From assembly GCA_963774515.1 (NCBI GenBank), contig CAVZFK010000026.1, positions 119,461 to 183,460 on the forward strand: a stretch of DNA of 64,000 bases. The letters run 5' to 3'. Positions 39,966 through 51,066 of the stretch are shown one piece after another. Source of the stretch: an uncultured Acidobacteriota bacterium (lineage in GTDB: Bacteria > Acidobacteriota > Terriglobia > Terriglobales > Acidobacteriaceae). The stretch's first letter is position 1. Every line of letters begins with the position of its first letter. The position numbers and the translations under genes are program-made. Under the pieces are notes generated by a model, which did not search any database, was not told the DNA's origin, and was given only the letters and a program-made list of their open reading frames with translations.

Positions 39966-41932
39966 TTAGCGGGATTTCGGCGGAACAGCAAATCCACGCA
40001 CCACGCAGTGCACAAGCCGATCGATTTGCTCCGAACTCAACTGATCGCCGAAGGCGGGCATGCCAGCATCCGTGCCATGCGTCACCGCGTCCAATAATTC
40101 GGTGTCGCTTTTACGTGCCCTGCCAGGTTGGATCCGCGAAGTTTGGCGTGCGTGCAATGGCGCCTCTGCCATCTGGGCCATGACACATGGCACAACGCTG
40201 CTTGAAGATCGCTGCTGGCTTCGCCACACTCTGGAATTTTGGAGACCGCAGCAATATTGGCGAATGGCGAGCCGCGACCGTTGTGCGCGGCGGAGCGGGA
40301 ACCATAGTCACCCGGGGAGCTCGCTGCGCCAGGACTACGTAATCCAAAAGCATAAACAGTGCCATCGCGCGTGGTCGCAAAAATCTTTCCATCGCCGATG
40401 GCGAGTCCGGAAAAATGCGTCCATCCTGCTATGGTGTCGCCGCTGGACCACAGTTGCTTTCCGGTGCGGGCATCGAGCGCATACAGAATTGCGTGCCCTG
40501 TTGCCCGAGATTGCCGATCTTCGAGCAACTGCCCGATATTTCCATTCAAGACTTGTTGCGTATTCTTCGCCCGTACCCAAAACAAAAAGGACGCCGCCGG
40601 CAATCGCTGCAGGTATCTGGCACCGCAATGTCAGAAGAAATCCATGCCGGTTGAAGGATCGGTTTAGTGATCCTGCGCCTGCGACAACTTTGAACGCCAT
40701 GATGCTGCCGCTTTTCACGGGTCCCATACGACATAGGAAATTTCGCCGCTTCTGTCGGCACTCCCCACGAAGGAACGTAGAGCCAGGTATTGTCAGCCGC
40801 GTTCTTTCCAGACGCTCATCTCTCCCCAGATTCCATTGCTCTCGAAAGTCTGTTTGACTCGTTCGTATAACGAGGTGAGATATATGCGGCCGTGTGATGG
40901 TCTGTGACCGGCCATCGTCTGCCGTATCGGTTAACATAGATCGCTCCCTCCTTTCCGCCAACGGCTGTCAGCACGTCGTCCATGCCAGCGAAAAATCACA
41001 GGTGTTGAAGCTCCCATATCAAGATCGTGCCGCGTCAGATATTGCCAGATCTTCGGAGTGTAGTATCCGTCCAAGTTGAAGAGTATGCGGGAGCGAGCTT
41101 CAAGAATCGTGCTTCCAAATTCATTGGCCGAAGGTTCAAACGCCGCATCTCCGGTGGCACCATAAATAAATCCGGCGAAGTCGACTGCTGGTCCACCCAG
41201 TCCCCAGACACCCGCGCCGCCATTCACTGCACTGTAAAAGCGGACGACAGGCCTGCCGGGCTGATCTGGATCAAGCGCAACTACGCCGGAGAGCGAGTGA
41301 TTGCAGCCTTGCGAAATCGAGGTGTAGAGCCACTCCGCCGGAATAATTGAGGCTCCATGTCTTGGCGTACGCCGGAACAAATTGAGCCGGCGGCATTGCG
41401 GGCTGACCATCAGCAAGATTCAGGATGTGCAACCGGCCGTCGCTGGCAATGACGAAGCCTCTCGACTTCGCCTGATCGATCACTGGCGTATCGTTCAATG
41501 CAAATGGGCAAAGCCAATCGCCGCCTTCGGGACGCGCTTGATTCGCCGAGAAGTCAGTCTTCCAAGCCAATGCCCCGTGTCCGCGTCCAGCGCGAAGATG
41601 TGATCGGAGCTTCCAGCGACAATGACCAGATTCTTTATGCCGTTTTCGGATTTGACTCCGCGTACCACCAGCGGTGCGGTCAAACCGGTCAGGACGAGAG
41701 GTTCATTGGGAACGATCGTCTTCCACTCCAAACCGAGGCTCGACACATTCGCCGGCGAAAAGGCGTGCTCGTCCGTTGCGAAGCCAGAACGCTGTGGATC
41801 ATGGCCGTAGGTCGTCCATTGACCCGATTGAGCGGATGCCGCGGACACGCATAGAACCAGGAAGAGTAAAAGCCGAGAAACCTTGGTGGCCACGTGTGAT
41901 GATCTCCTGGAGTTGGCGGTGAATTCTTTCAC
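39966..41932 (-). pseudogene. Secreted PQQ-like beta-propeller repeat protein with a C-terminal cytochrome c domain, shattered by at least 6 frameshifts
   Basis: A signal peptide and first blade lie in 41495..41932 (WTTYGHDPQRSGF). Further blades are spread over other frames (ASDGRLHILNLADG; [17 protein letters not shown]...DGTVYAFGL). The haem motif is CAMCH (about 40170) and the C-terminus is ...DAGMPAFGDQLSSEQIDRLV. Confidence 0.7.
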
Positions 41933-42004
41933 GCCGATGTCGCACTGTTATTTGTAGATCCCGAACATCGAAAGATAGTCGGACCTGGTTACGGCGGATT
42001 GGAA

Positions 42005-43360
42005 TCACGGGTCGGATGGAGTAACTGGAGCCTGCGAAGCGTCACCAGGAAGCACATCGCTGTCTTCCTTCCTCAGTTCTGATGGCTGAGCGTTCGTCTT
42101 TTGGTCTGATTTCTGCTTGAGTGCAGTGTAATGTGCGAGCGCGTCTCGTGATTCAGTTGGCCGTTTCAAAGCGCGATAGACAACAGAGAGCTGATAGTAC
42201 GCACGCTGCACCAAATGGTCCGACGGGTGGAGCTCCACCGTCTTGTTCAGATATTGCAAAGCTGCTTCGTAGTTCCCCAGTTTTTGCTCTCCCCAGCCAA
42301 GGTAATAATAAGCACGGATCAGAGATGCATCCCCCGCGAGCGCCTTTCGCAACGTGTCCACGCCATCTTTTGTGTCATTGGTTTCCAGTTGCACGACTCC
42401 CAGGCTGTACATCGCGCGATAGTTTGCAGGCGCAATGGCAAGTTCGGCGGAATAGGCTTCCATGGCCTCAGCTGTCTTGGATGTCGCGAGATATTCATCT
42501 CCGAGCCACTCATGTAACTCCGGCTCGTGCGGTGCGAGTTGAATGGCCGCCAGATATTCGGTGATCGCCTGCTGATAGTGATCCGAATCCGAATAGGACT
42601 GCGCCAGCACTTCGTGCACACGCCACGAATTTGGATCGGCGCTGTACATTTTGTCATAGGCTTCTTTTGAAGCCAGCATGTGTGCGCGTCCGCAGAAATA
42701 CAATGCGTCGACGTTGTGCGGATCAAGCGCAAGAGCCTTATCCAAAATATCCGCCGCGTTGGAAGGCTCATTCAGCGCAATCTCGGTGCGACCTAGCCAC
42801 TCCATCGCGGCTGCCTGCTTGGGATCGCCGGCAAGCTCTCGCTCAAACGCGAGCTTTGCAGCACCAAATTGGTTGCTGCCGTAGAGCGTGATTCCCAGAA
42901 ATAGATTCGCCCCTCGAAGCCCCGGCTTCAGCTTGAGGGCGGTTTCGAATTGCCGACGGGCACCGAGTGTGTCTCCCTGCCGCAGCAGGACCAGGCCCAG
43001 ATTGAAATGTCCTTCCGCAAAATGCGGTTGCATCTGCGTAACGCGGCGAAATGACTGGGCCGCCGTCGGCAGGTCTCCCTCACTAAATGCCTGAGCCCCC
43101 TGGCGAAAAATGGTTTGCCAGTCGTCCGCCTGTGACTGCGCCCGTGCACCGGACGCCGCGAGGATTGCCACAGCCACCAGGGAAATTACGAATCTGCAAA
43201 GGGTCGCTCGTCGAATGGCACGCGCCCGATGCAGTTCCGCGAGTGTTGAAACCGCCCCGCGCACCTGACTGACTGGCATCATGATTTGAAACTGCCGCAG
43301 CCCGCCATGCTGATTGCGGCCGTCAGCGAAATGGCTCGCCATCATTCTTGCAGGACGCAT
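42005..43360 (-). CDS. Secreted tetratricopeptide-repeat (TPR) protein
   Basis: There are multiple TPR-like units (AEGHFNLGLVLLRQGD..., AYYYLGWGEQKLGNYEAALQYLNK...). The start is uncertain (43360, 43345 or 43282). The ORF-track start at 43441 would overlap the upstream gene. Confidence 0.7.
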   Translation of the reverse strand: MRPARMMASHFADGRNQHGGLRQFQIMMPVSQVRGAVSTLAELHRARAIRRATLCRFVISLVAVAILAASGARAQSQADDWQTIFRQGAQAFSEGDLPTAAQSFRRVTQMQPHFAEGHFNLGLVLLRQGDTLGARRQFETALKLKPGLRGANLFLGITLYGSNQFGAAKLAFERELAGDPKQAAAMEWLGRTEIALNEPSNAADILDKALALDPHNVDALYFCGRAHMLASKEAYDKMYSADPNSWRVHEVLAQSYSDSDHYQQAITEYLAAIQLAPHEPELHEWLGDEYLATSKTAEAMEAYSAELAIAPANYRAMYSLGVVQLETNDTKDGVDTLRKALAGDASLIRAYYYLGWGEQKLGNYEAALQYLNKTVELHPSDHLVQRAYYQLSVVYRALKRPTESRDALAHYTALKQKSDQKTNAQPSELRKEDSDVLPGDASQAPVTPSDP

Positions 43361-43376
43361 CAGTGCCCTCCCGCGA

Positions 43377-44729
43377 TCATTGAGGTACGTCGTTGTACTC
43401 CAGGTACACAGAAAGTTCTGCGTTGCCGACCACCGCCCCACTTTGTGTTGCTGTCCACCTTAACATCTGCGGCGCTTTTTCCTTGGAGTCCGCGGGGGCA
43501 TTGAGAAAAATCTCGATCGGATACGTAGTGCCCCGGTCCAAATGATATTGGCGGTCTTCGGTATTCCCAGTCCATCCGGGCGGCAGATCAGCGTGCAACG
43601 TGACATCGGCAACCGCATCTGTGTGGTTGTGCAATAACAGCGGTACCCATAATTCGCGATTGGAACTCAACGCGCTTTGCGGCTGCACCAGCGCCTCCAG
43701 CGAAGTCAGACCATGTGCCGCGTAAAACTTTTTATAAAACGCCCATGGGCCACCAAGTTCAAGACTGATCCCGCTGACGGCGTCCGGCTTATATTGTGGC
43801 ATCGAGACAAAGGCAATCGGCTTCTCTCCGATGCCGGCCCACACATCTGCGTCTACCGGAGCAGAAACCAGGGACTTCCCAAGGACAAAATATTCCGGCA
43901 TGTTGACGAAGTAGTTGAGCACCTGATCGTCAAAATCCAACTGGGTTGCATACTGCTTCCACATCTCGCGCGTGATCTCCGCGTACGGAACTTTTTTCGC
44001 AGCGGAGGTTTCACTGGCGAGATAAGTTGGACCATGACCCTTCAGGAATTCCGGATGAGTCGCGTCGGAAAAGTAATAGAGCTTTTTCGCTTGCCAGGGA
44101 TACAGCCCCTCGCCCCAGTTCGCAATGCCCGCGTGCTGACGTGGCGCCTCGATCTGCTCTGGAAACACAACCGGGTTCCCGGCCAGATCAAATCCTTCTG
44201 TGGCCATCACGCCGGAAGCCTGATGGTCGCCATGGTTTTCCCCAGCAACGTAGGCGGGCATCCAGGTCAAAATTACATCCGGCCGCGTAAGCCGGATGAT
44301 GCGGATAATCTCCTCCAATGCCGCGCCATGGCCTACCGTTTCCAGCGAATGCAACACGTCCTGGGTAGGAGTGTCCTGACCGCGCAAAAACCAAACGTCG
44401 GTAATTCCCAGAATGGCGAGCGCATGCCGGGCCTCCATCTCTCGCACGTCAGACAGTGCCTTGCTCTGCTCCATCCCAACCGCGTTGGGTCCAGAGTTTC
44501 CGCGCGTAGTGAAAATTACGGCAACGCGCTTGTGTTCATCCAGCGCCGCCTTCGCAAGATACGTGGAGGCCGCCGTGTCATCGTCAGGGTGCGCGACGAT
44601 CAAAAGAATATCTGCCTTGTAGCGGCTATCAGGCGCGGGGATAGGTGGCTGAATTTGAGCGCGGAGGTGCACGCAGCCGATCACGAGCAGCGCGAAAATC
44701 GCGAGCCACCTAAAGTGAAACATCCTCAT
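43377..44729 (-). CDS. PIG-L/LmbE-family deacetylase with a signal peptide and an extra C-terminal domain
   Basis: LLIVAHPDDDTAAS and HGDHQASG motifs are present. The signal is MRMFHFRWLAIFALLVIGCVHLRAQ. Confidence 0.8.
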   Translation of the reverse strand: MRMFHFRWLAIFALLVIGCVHLRAQIQPPIPAPDSRYKADILLIVAHPDDDTAASTYLAKAALDEHKRVAVIFTTRGNSGPNAVGMEQSKALSDVREMEARHALAILGITDVWFLRGQDTPTQDVLHSLETVGHGAALEEIIRIIRLTRPDVILTWMPAYVAGENHGDHQASGVMATEGFDLAGNPVVFPEQIEAPRQHAGIANWGEGLYPWQAKKLYYFSDATHPEFLKGHGPTYLASETSAAKKVPYAEITREMWKQYATQLDFDDQVLNYFVNMPEYFVLGKSLVSAPVDADVWAGIGEKPIAFVSMPQYKPDAVSGISLELGGPWAFYKKFYAAHGLTSLEALVQPQSALSSNRELWVPLLLHNHTDAVADVTLHADLPPGWTGNTEDRQYHLDRGTTYPIEIFLNAPADSKEKAPQMLRWTATQSGAVVGNAELSVYLEYNDVPQ

Positions 44730-44932
44730 GCTTCTTCTCCGCTTTTCTGTTCGGTGGCGTAGTGGCACATGTGCAAACGCGAGTGCAGCGAATACACGTC
44801 GCTACTCCTGTCGCCATCAACATCATATGGATTGTATGGCAGCACCATCCACGGCCCGGCAAACATTCTGGAAACAGACCAGAGGTTTCGGCATGCATTT
44901 GAAGCCGAGACCTCTGGCGTTGTGGGTGCGCG

Positions 44933-47900
44933 TTAGAACATTATCTTTGCGGCGACCTGGATAAATCGAGGATCATTGCGCGTACCGTAAACCTGGCCCA
45001 CGTTGTCGTAGTCAAGCGTATTGCCAATGTTATACGGCCCTCCATAAATGGGGTGGTTGAACACATTTAGGAAATCTGCCCGAAACAGGGTACGTATTCG
45101 TCTGCGGACCGAACTCCTTGGCAACACTCAAATCCAGATTCTTGGTCTCGGCCTCACGAAGTGTGGAATAGCGCTGAGGCTCGTTTCCATATTGGAAAAG
45201 AAAGGGAGTGCATTGGTTAGGTTGATATTGCTGGGTGCAGTGCACCCCATCCTGACCCGAGAAAGCGGCCGCGTTGAACCATTGCCGGGAAGAGCGATTT
45301 CTCGGAATCGGACTGACCCCTGGGACCATGTTCGGCAACCCAGCGCCAGGGAATCCGTAATTTCCGATCGGGTTATAAGAAAAATTGACGGGATTGGGAA
45401 GCGGGTATCCGCTGGTCATGCGCACTGCACCCGATATGCTCCAATTGCCCAGGGTCTGCTTCACGATCTGCGGTGCGTTTCCGCCGTACTTCTTGCCCGA
45501 TCCATATGGCAATTGGTAGGTCCACGCTACGGCAAAGCTCTGCGGGACATCATGCGTGCTGATGGCGTAATCGAGCTTTGGATGATACGCATCGCGCCAC
45601 ATGTCGTTGATCGTCCAGCCCAGCAATGCTTCGGAACCATCGTCCATATTCTTGGACCATTGATAGGTCGCCAGCAAGCTTAGCCCATTACTGAACGAGT
45701 GATTGTATTTCGCATAGAGGGCATCGTATTGCGAGCTCGCTCCCGGTAAGGATCGAGTCTGCACCAGGTACGTATACTCCGGGTATGGTCGCAGAAGCGT
45801 GTTATAGGTGATCATTGGGCTGCTCAGGTAGCTGTTTGGATCTGTGATCACTCCATAAAACGGATTTGGAACCAGGCTGTTCAACTTATTTCCCAGCGAG
45901 AGATCCTGGGTGGGCAGCTGATCGAGATCGAAATTCGGATTCCCGTATAACAACTTTCTTCCGCGCACCCCTGTATAGCCGAGTTCAGCCGCAGAATGGG
46001 AGCTAAGCTGATATTGGAAATCCATGCTCCATTCATAGATCTCCCCAATAGGATGCGGGCCTTTCGGCCAAATTTGGCTTGCTCCGTATCCAACCTCTGT
46101 CAGCGGTCCCGACGAATTACCCGTAGGCTGGTTCAGCCCGTTCGGGAAGGGATTGCTGACCAGGTTTGAAGGAATGTAACCGTTCCCGCCCTGGGTTCCG
46201 ATCCAGTTTGTCTGCGAAGTATATCCAAGGAACTGACCGGGACTGTCATAACCGAGCATCGCGGAGGTCGGACCGTAAAAGATTCCACCACCTGCCCGCG
46301 CTACAATTTTGTCTGACACCTGGTATGCGAGTCCGAGCCGAGGCGCAATATTTGTATTGTCGGGTTCCCATGCAAAGCGGCCTCGCCCGTCCACACCGGC
46401 ATACTCAAATGCCCCATTCAGGGTCGATCCAAAGGATGTGCTGATCGGGTTGACCGCTGTCTTATCGAAATAAACCAGCCGGTTGTGGCGTTCCGTTGCC
46501 GGCCGCTGGTTTTCATAACGAAGGCCTGCAGATACCGTCAAACGCGGAGTCGCCCGCCACGTGTCCTGCATATACATTCCAAACGTATGCAGGCTCAGCG
46601 CCGGATCCATATTGATATCGGATGAGCCGTTGCCGGTACCCATCATGATGGCCGCGATCGCATTTCCGCTCATGTCAGAACCCTGAACGGAAGCCATGCA
46701 CGGCGAACCTGGATCGCTTGTGTTGGGATCGCACGACGTCAGATTCATGTCGAAATTGAAATTGCCTGGGGCATCCTGCCGAATGTTCATCATGTTGACG
46801 TCGAAGTTAAAGCCGAATTTGATGCTGTGATCGTGAAGCTGCTTCGTAACGTTGATGATCCCGGTCGATAAGTAGCGAATATAGCGGTTGTAGCTGGAGT
46901 AGGTGCTACCCAATGTCATGTAATTTGCGGCGTTAACAAGCGGCAGCAGGTCGGCTTGAAACAAACTCGGAGACAGACCGATGGTGCTGGCATTGGCGAC
47001 GCCGTAACCGATGGAGGTTTGACCCTCAAACCAACGGGTATAGGCGCCGTACGCATCGATCACCCACGTGGGACTCGGCGTGTAGGTGTCATTGAGTACG
47101 ACCTGCAGTCCGTGGTCATCGTTCGTGGCAGCTTGATCAGCGCCATTACAAAAAGGAAACAAGCAGGAGTGTCGTTTTGGCGAACCCGATCCGTCATACG
47201 GGCAAAGAGTCGGTTGTTCGCGCTTTGTGCCCAGTCGATGCGCCAGTCGAACTTGTCGTTGTCGGTGGATCCTGGACCCTGCTTGAAGTAATTGCCGTTA
47301 TCGTTCGGCCCTGGACCCAGGTCGGGACGGTTGGGATCCGGATATAAGGCAAGAATTTTCTGACCTACAGGATCCATCAGATTCGCCGGCACCTTGTTTC
47401 CAGGGAATGGATCGCGCGTATAGTAGGTGTCTCCGTTCGAGTCCGTCACCAGATGGGAAGAATACGGATTGTAGATCACATCCAGCGTTCCATTGGCATT
47501 GTAGGTTTTCGAAAAATCTCCAGACTTTTCCAGTGCAGTCGGAACTGTTTGCAGTCCGCTATTGTCTGTCTCCGGCTGGCGCAAGCCTTCATACGCAACG
47601 AAGAAATACAGATGATGGCTTCTCCACAAGGGGCCGCCGACGTTGGCGCCGAACTGATTGCGGTGCAGCTTTCCTTTTGTCGCTCCATTGAAATCGTTGG
47701 ACCATGTATTCGCATTCAGGGAGGAGTTCATCATGAAGTCATACACTTCTCCGTGGTACCGTCAGTTCCTCCCTTTGTGATCAGGGTGACAACACCTTCG
47801 GCGCCTCGTTCGTATTCGGCGTCATAGGTGTTCATGACAACCTGCTGTTCCTGGACTGAATCCTGGATCGGCGAAACCATCAGGCCGCCCCAGTCAACTG

Positions 47901-48546
47901 CAGTCGAAGGAGCGCCGTCGATTAGGATTTCAGATTCCGCAGTACGTCCTCCGTTGACGCCGAAGGTGCTGCCATATTGATCGTAGGTTTGTGAGCGGCT
48001 CGTCATGCCTTGCGATTCCGTGGTTCCGGCGACGTCGTAAACAAAGTTGAGAGGATTCAGGGTGGCGTTCGGCAGCGACTGAATCAGCGCTTCGTCCATG
48101 GTGACGGAGTTGTTGGCAGTCTGCGTATCCAGCAGCACCGCCTCGCTTGAGACCGTCACTTGCTGCTGGGCTGTACCCACCTGCAGCGCGATATTCACAG
48201 TCGCGGACGTGTTCGCCCGCAGAATCATATTGGTTCGGACGAAGTCTTTGAAGCCGGTCGCAGTGGCCGAAATCTGATAGGTCCCGGGCAGCAGGTTCGT
48301 GAAGTTGTACTCGCCATTCGAACCAGAGGTCGCCACTCGGGTGTCCTGGGTTGCCATGTTCTGGAGCTGCAATTTCGCGCCCGGGACGACCGCGCCGCTG
48401 GGATCTGTTACCGTGCCGGCGATCGTCGCGGAAAATGTCTGCGCCATGGCCGCGCCACTTGTGAGGACCGCCAGAAGAATCCCGAAAAGACTTCGATATA
48501 AAAATCGCATCGACGCGTTTGTTCTTGTTGATTCGCGGAATTTCAT
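44933..48546 (-). pseudogene. Large TonB-dependent receptor with an N-terminal carboxypeptidase-regulatory-like domain, broken by 3 frameshifts
   Basis: The signal plus CarboxypepD_reg block is SATIAGTVTDPSGAVVPGAKLQLQN...GEYNFTNLLPGTYQISA. Four collinear ORF pieces lie in different frames, ending with the typical ...FIQVAAKIMF*. The junctions are at about 47755, about 47160-47170 and about 45095-45110. Confidence 0.8.
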
Positions 48547-48832
48547 CGACTGCCCTCCTGAATATGAAACAAAGTGCCCCGCAACCGTGGCTGACTTGTC
48601 TGCTTCCATCGCACGTGCCAATCGCAAGGCCTACAACTTGAATCCGCCAGAAAAGGTACCGCATGCACTGCCCGAGCCACAGTGTTCGCATTTGTTCGCT
48701 TTAGGCGCGCCTGACGGTTGCGACCCTGCGCGGTCGAAGTAAAATCTCCGACGCTCTGCGCGGCGTAGCATTCGGCAAGGCATCGCAGTGATTGGCGAGA
48801 ACAGTGGCACGAAAGTTCCTTTTGTACATTTT

Positions 48833-48857
48833 TGAAACGTTTCCTTGAAACGTTTCA
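48833..48857. promoter_or_regulatory. Tandem RbsR/PurR-like operators: TGAAACGTTTCC (48833-48844) and the perfect palindrome TGAAACGTTTCA (48846-48857)
   Basis: Read directly from the sequence. Their centres are 13 bp apart. They sit immediately downstream of the predicted minus-strand promoter. Confidence 0.55.
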
Positions 48858-48872
48858 TTTAGAACCGAACCG

Positions 48873-48901
48873 ACTATACCGCTCCAATACTTCACTGTCA
48901 A
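48873..48901 (-). promoter_or_regulatory. Near-consensus sigma70-type promoter (TTGACA-N17-TATAGT on the minus strand) driving the TBDR locus
   Basis: The reverse complement of 48873-48901 reads TTGACAgtgaagtattggagcggTATAGT. This implies a leader of about 320 nt to ATG 48546. Confidence 0.5.
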
Positions 48902-49048
48902 GCTTCTTTCATTCCTTCAGAGTTTGGACGCGCCCTGCAACCGTTGTTTGGCCCACGGAAGGGAATGCTTCAATGATGGCGGACGCGCGACAGTGCGGGA
49001 AATGAAACATTCTCAGCAGCAGATGAGCGCGATCAGGTTGCGGAGGAC

Positions 49049-49991
49049 TTATCGCGCGACGCGGCTCATATAGAAATCAATGAATTTCGATGGAGTCGTC
49101 TCGACTGCCACGATTGCGTTCGCCGCTCCGCCACCGACCACCCGTGTCATGCCATGATCATCAATCTGGATGGACATTGGCTTGATCATGCACAAACCTG
49201 TATCGATTAGCAGCGAGACCGCCATCGGGTCGTGAAGCGTGGGAGTGGGCTGTCCCCACGCAATGTAAAGCTGGTGCAGCGCATCGATCAATGGCGTGGA
49301 GCGCCGCGAAAAGGCGCTGACGATTCGGACGCGTCGAGTTGCAGCCGTGCAGTCACATCCAGCGGCGCCATCATGATCGGAATCCCAGATGAAAACACGG
49401 CCTGCGAGGCCGAGACATCCGCTGCAATGTTGTATTCCGCCGTCGGTCCAGAGCCAGGATAGTAGCCTCGTGCGATCGATCCACCCATCAGGACGATCTG
49501 CTTAATTTTCTTTTTCTCCGCTGGATATTGCCGCAAGAGCGCGGCCACGTTCGTCAGGGGTCCGATCGCTACCACAACGATCTTTCCAGCGCCACGATCG
49601 ATCTCCTGCTTCAAAAGATCCACAGCGTTTCCGAAACCATGGACGGACTGGTAAATCCATCCGCCCAGCGAGCCTGTGAGATATCCAGCTTCCTGCGCGG
49701 CTGCCCCGCAGCGACTGGTATATTTTTGCGGCCAGCCTCCCAAAGCATCTTGGCGGCAATGCGAGCGCTAGCCTGCGTGTCGCCGGAGACCGTAGTCACC
49801 GCGCGTAAATCCAATTCCGGGCTGTCAAGAACAAGGGCTAACGCAAACGCATCGTCAATGTCGCTACCGATGTCGGTGTCGAGCACAATCGGAATCGGCT
49901 TCATCTTGTCTGCCGCGTTAAGGCGCATACCGATGAAAAGAGACAGCGCCAGAACACAGATTGCGATGGTCAGTTTGTGCCTCATACTCAT
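49049..49991 (-). pseudogene. Secreted inosine/uridine-preferring nucleoside hydrolase (IUNH family) with 2 frameshifts
   Basis: The signal peptide plus DTDIGSDIDDAFALALVL Asp cluster is followed by GKIVVVAIGPLTNVAALL in a second frame and PLIDALHQLY...LHDPMAV in a third. The junctions are at the C4 run 49703-49706 and at about 49325-49340. Confidence 0.75.
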
Positions 49992-50106
49992 CCTTAGTGA
50001 ATCCCACTCCAGTGTGCGCGATGTGGTGCAACGCCGCCAGAAGACAGATCGTTGTCGTTGATTTGTTCCGCATCATCATCCTTGCCGAATTTAACGTTCG
50101 GCTCCG

Positions 50107-51066
50107 TTACTTGCTTGTACGCGCTGGCTTCTTCTTCGAGTGTCCGCTCAAAAACTTCTTCACTTCGACCGCAGTCGGCATTGCCGGTTGAGCTCCAGCC
50201 CGCGTGACCGATAACGCGCCCACCGCTCCGGCAAAGCGAACTGCTTCCTCCAGGCCCAGCCCTCGCATTAGAGCCACTGCCAGGCCGCCATTGAACGCAT
50301 CACCGGCTGCAGTGGAGTCCACAACGCGCACTTTGAACGGTCGCACCATCACCCGCAAATTGTCCGGGCCCGCCGCAAACGCTCCATGCTTCCCCATCTT
50401 GATGATCACGTTTGCAGGACCATTCGCTTGCAGCGTTCGGGCTAGCTCAGCGACGGTAGCCAGATTCAAATCATGAGGCGGGATGGCGCAAAGCGCGTAC
50501 GTTTCCGTTTCATTGGGAGTGAGATATGTCACGTGACGCAGCATTTCACGCGGGAGCGCGCGCGCCGGCGCTGGATCCAACATCAGCGGCACCTGAAACC
50601 GTCCCGCAACGGCGCACAGATACTCCACCGTCTCCATGGGAATTTCCAGCTGCGTCAGAATCATTCCAGCGGCGCGCAATTGCGGCAGGGATCTTTCAAG
50701 ATCGCGTGGGAGGAGCTGCGCATTCGCGCCTGGGATAACCGTGATGCTGTTTTGTCCGCTTGCATCCACCGTGATGAGCGCCACCCCAGAAGCTGTGGCC
50801 TTGGCGATTTTCACCGTTCGCACGTTGACAGTCGCCGCACGCAATCCTCGCCGCAGTCGCTGGCCAAACTGATCGTCGCCAACTTTTGCAATCATGCTGA
50901 CGGGGAATCCGAGACGCCCCACGGCAACCGCTTGATTGGCGCCCTTTCCCCCGTGAAAGGTTTCAAAAGTTTCGCCAGTGACGGTCTCTCCAGGCGCGGG
51001 TATTCGCTTTCCAGTGCAGACCAGGTCAAGATTGACACTTCCAACCACAACAATCGATCGGCGCAT
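50107..51066 (-). CDS. rbsK: Ribokinase (PfkB family)
   Basis: The N-terminal block is VVGSVNLDLV...GETV.GETFETFHGGKGANQAVA and the C-terminal block is DSTAAGDAFNGGLAVAL. Confidence 0.85.
   Translation of the reverse strand: MRRSIVVVGSVNLDLVCTGKRIPAPGETVTGETFETFHGGKGANQAVAVGRLGFPVSMIAKVGDDQFGQRLRRGLRAATVNVRTVKIAKATASGVALITVDASGQNSITVIPGANAQLLPRDLERSLPQLRAAGMILTQLEIPMETVEYLCAVAGRFQVPLMLDPAPARALPREMLRHVTYLTPNETETYALCAIPPHDLNLATVAELARTLQANGPANVIIKMGKHGAFAAGPDNLRVMVRPFKVRVVDSTAAGDAFNGGLAVALMRGLGLEEAVRFAGAVGALSVTRAGAQPAMPTAVEVKKFLSGHSKKKPARTSK

Noticed and set aside
48547-48866. Possible cobalamin riboswitch in the approximately 320-nt leader of the TonB-dependent receptor. A GCCACTG-like element is present on the transcribed strand.
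   Set aside because: Only that short element is present. I could not find the other conserved blocks (GGGAA, GGTG..AATCC, the B12-box AGYCMGGAGACCKGCC). A covariance-model scan would be needed, and the match is too weak to report.
50086-50100. AATTTAACGTTCGG, a weak resemblance to the TGAAACGTTTCA operator in the spacer upstream of the nucleoside hydrolase gene.
   Set aside because: It matches about 7 of 12 positions and is not palindromic.
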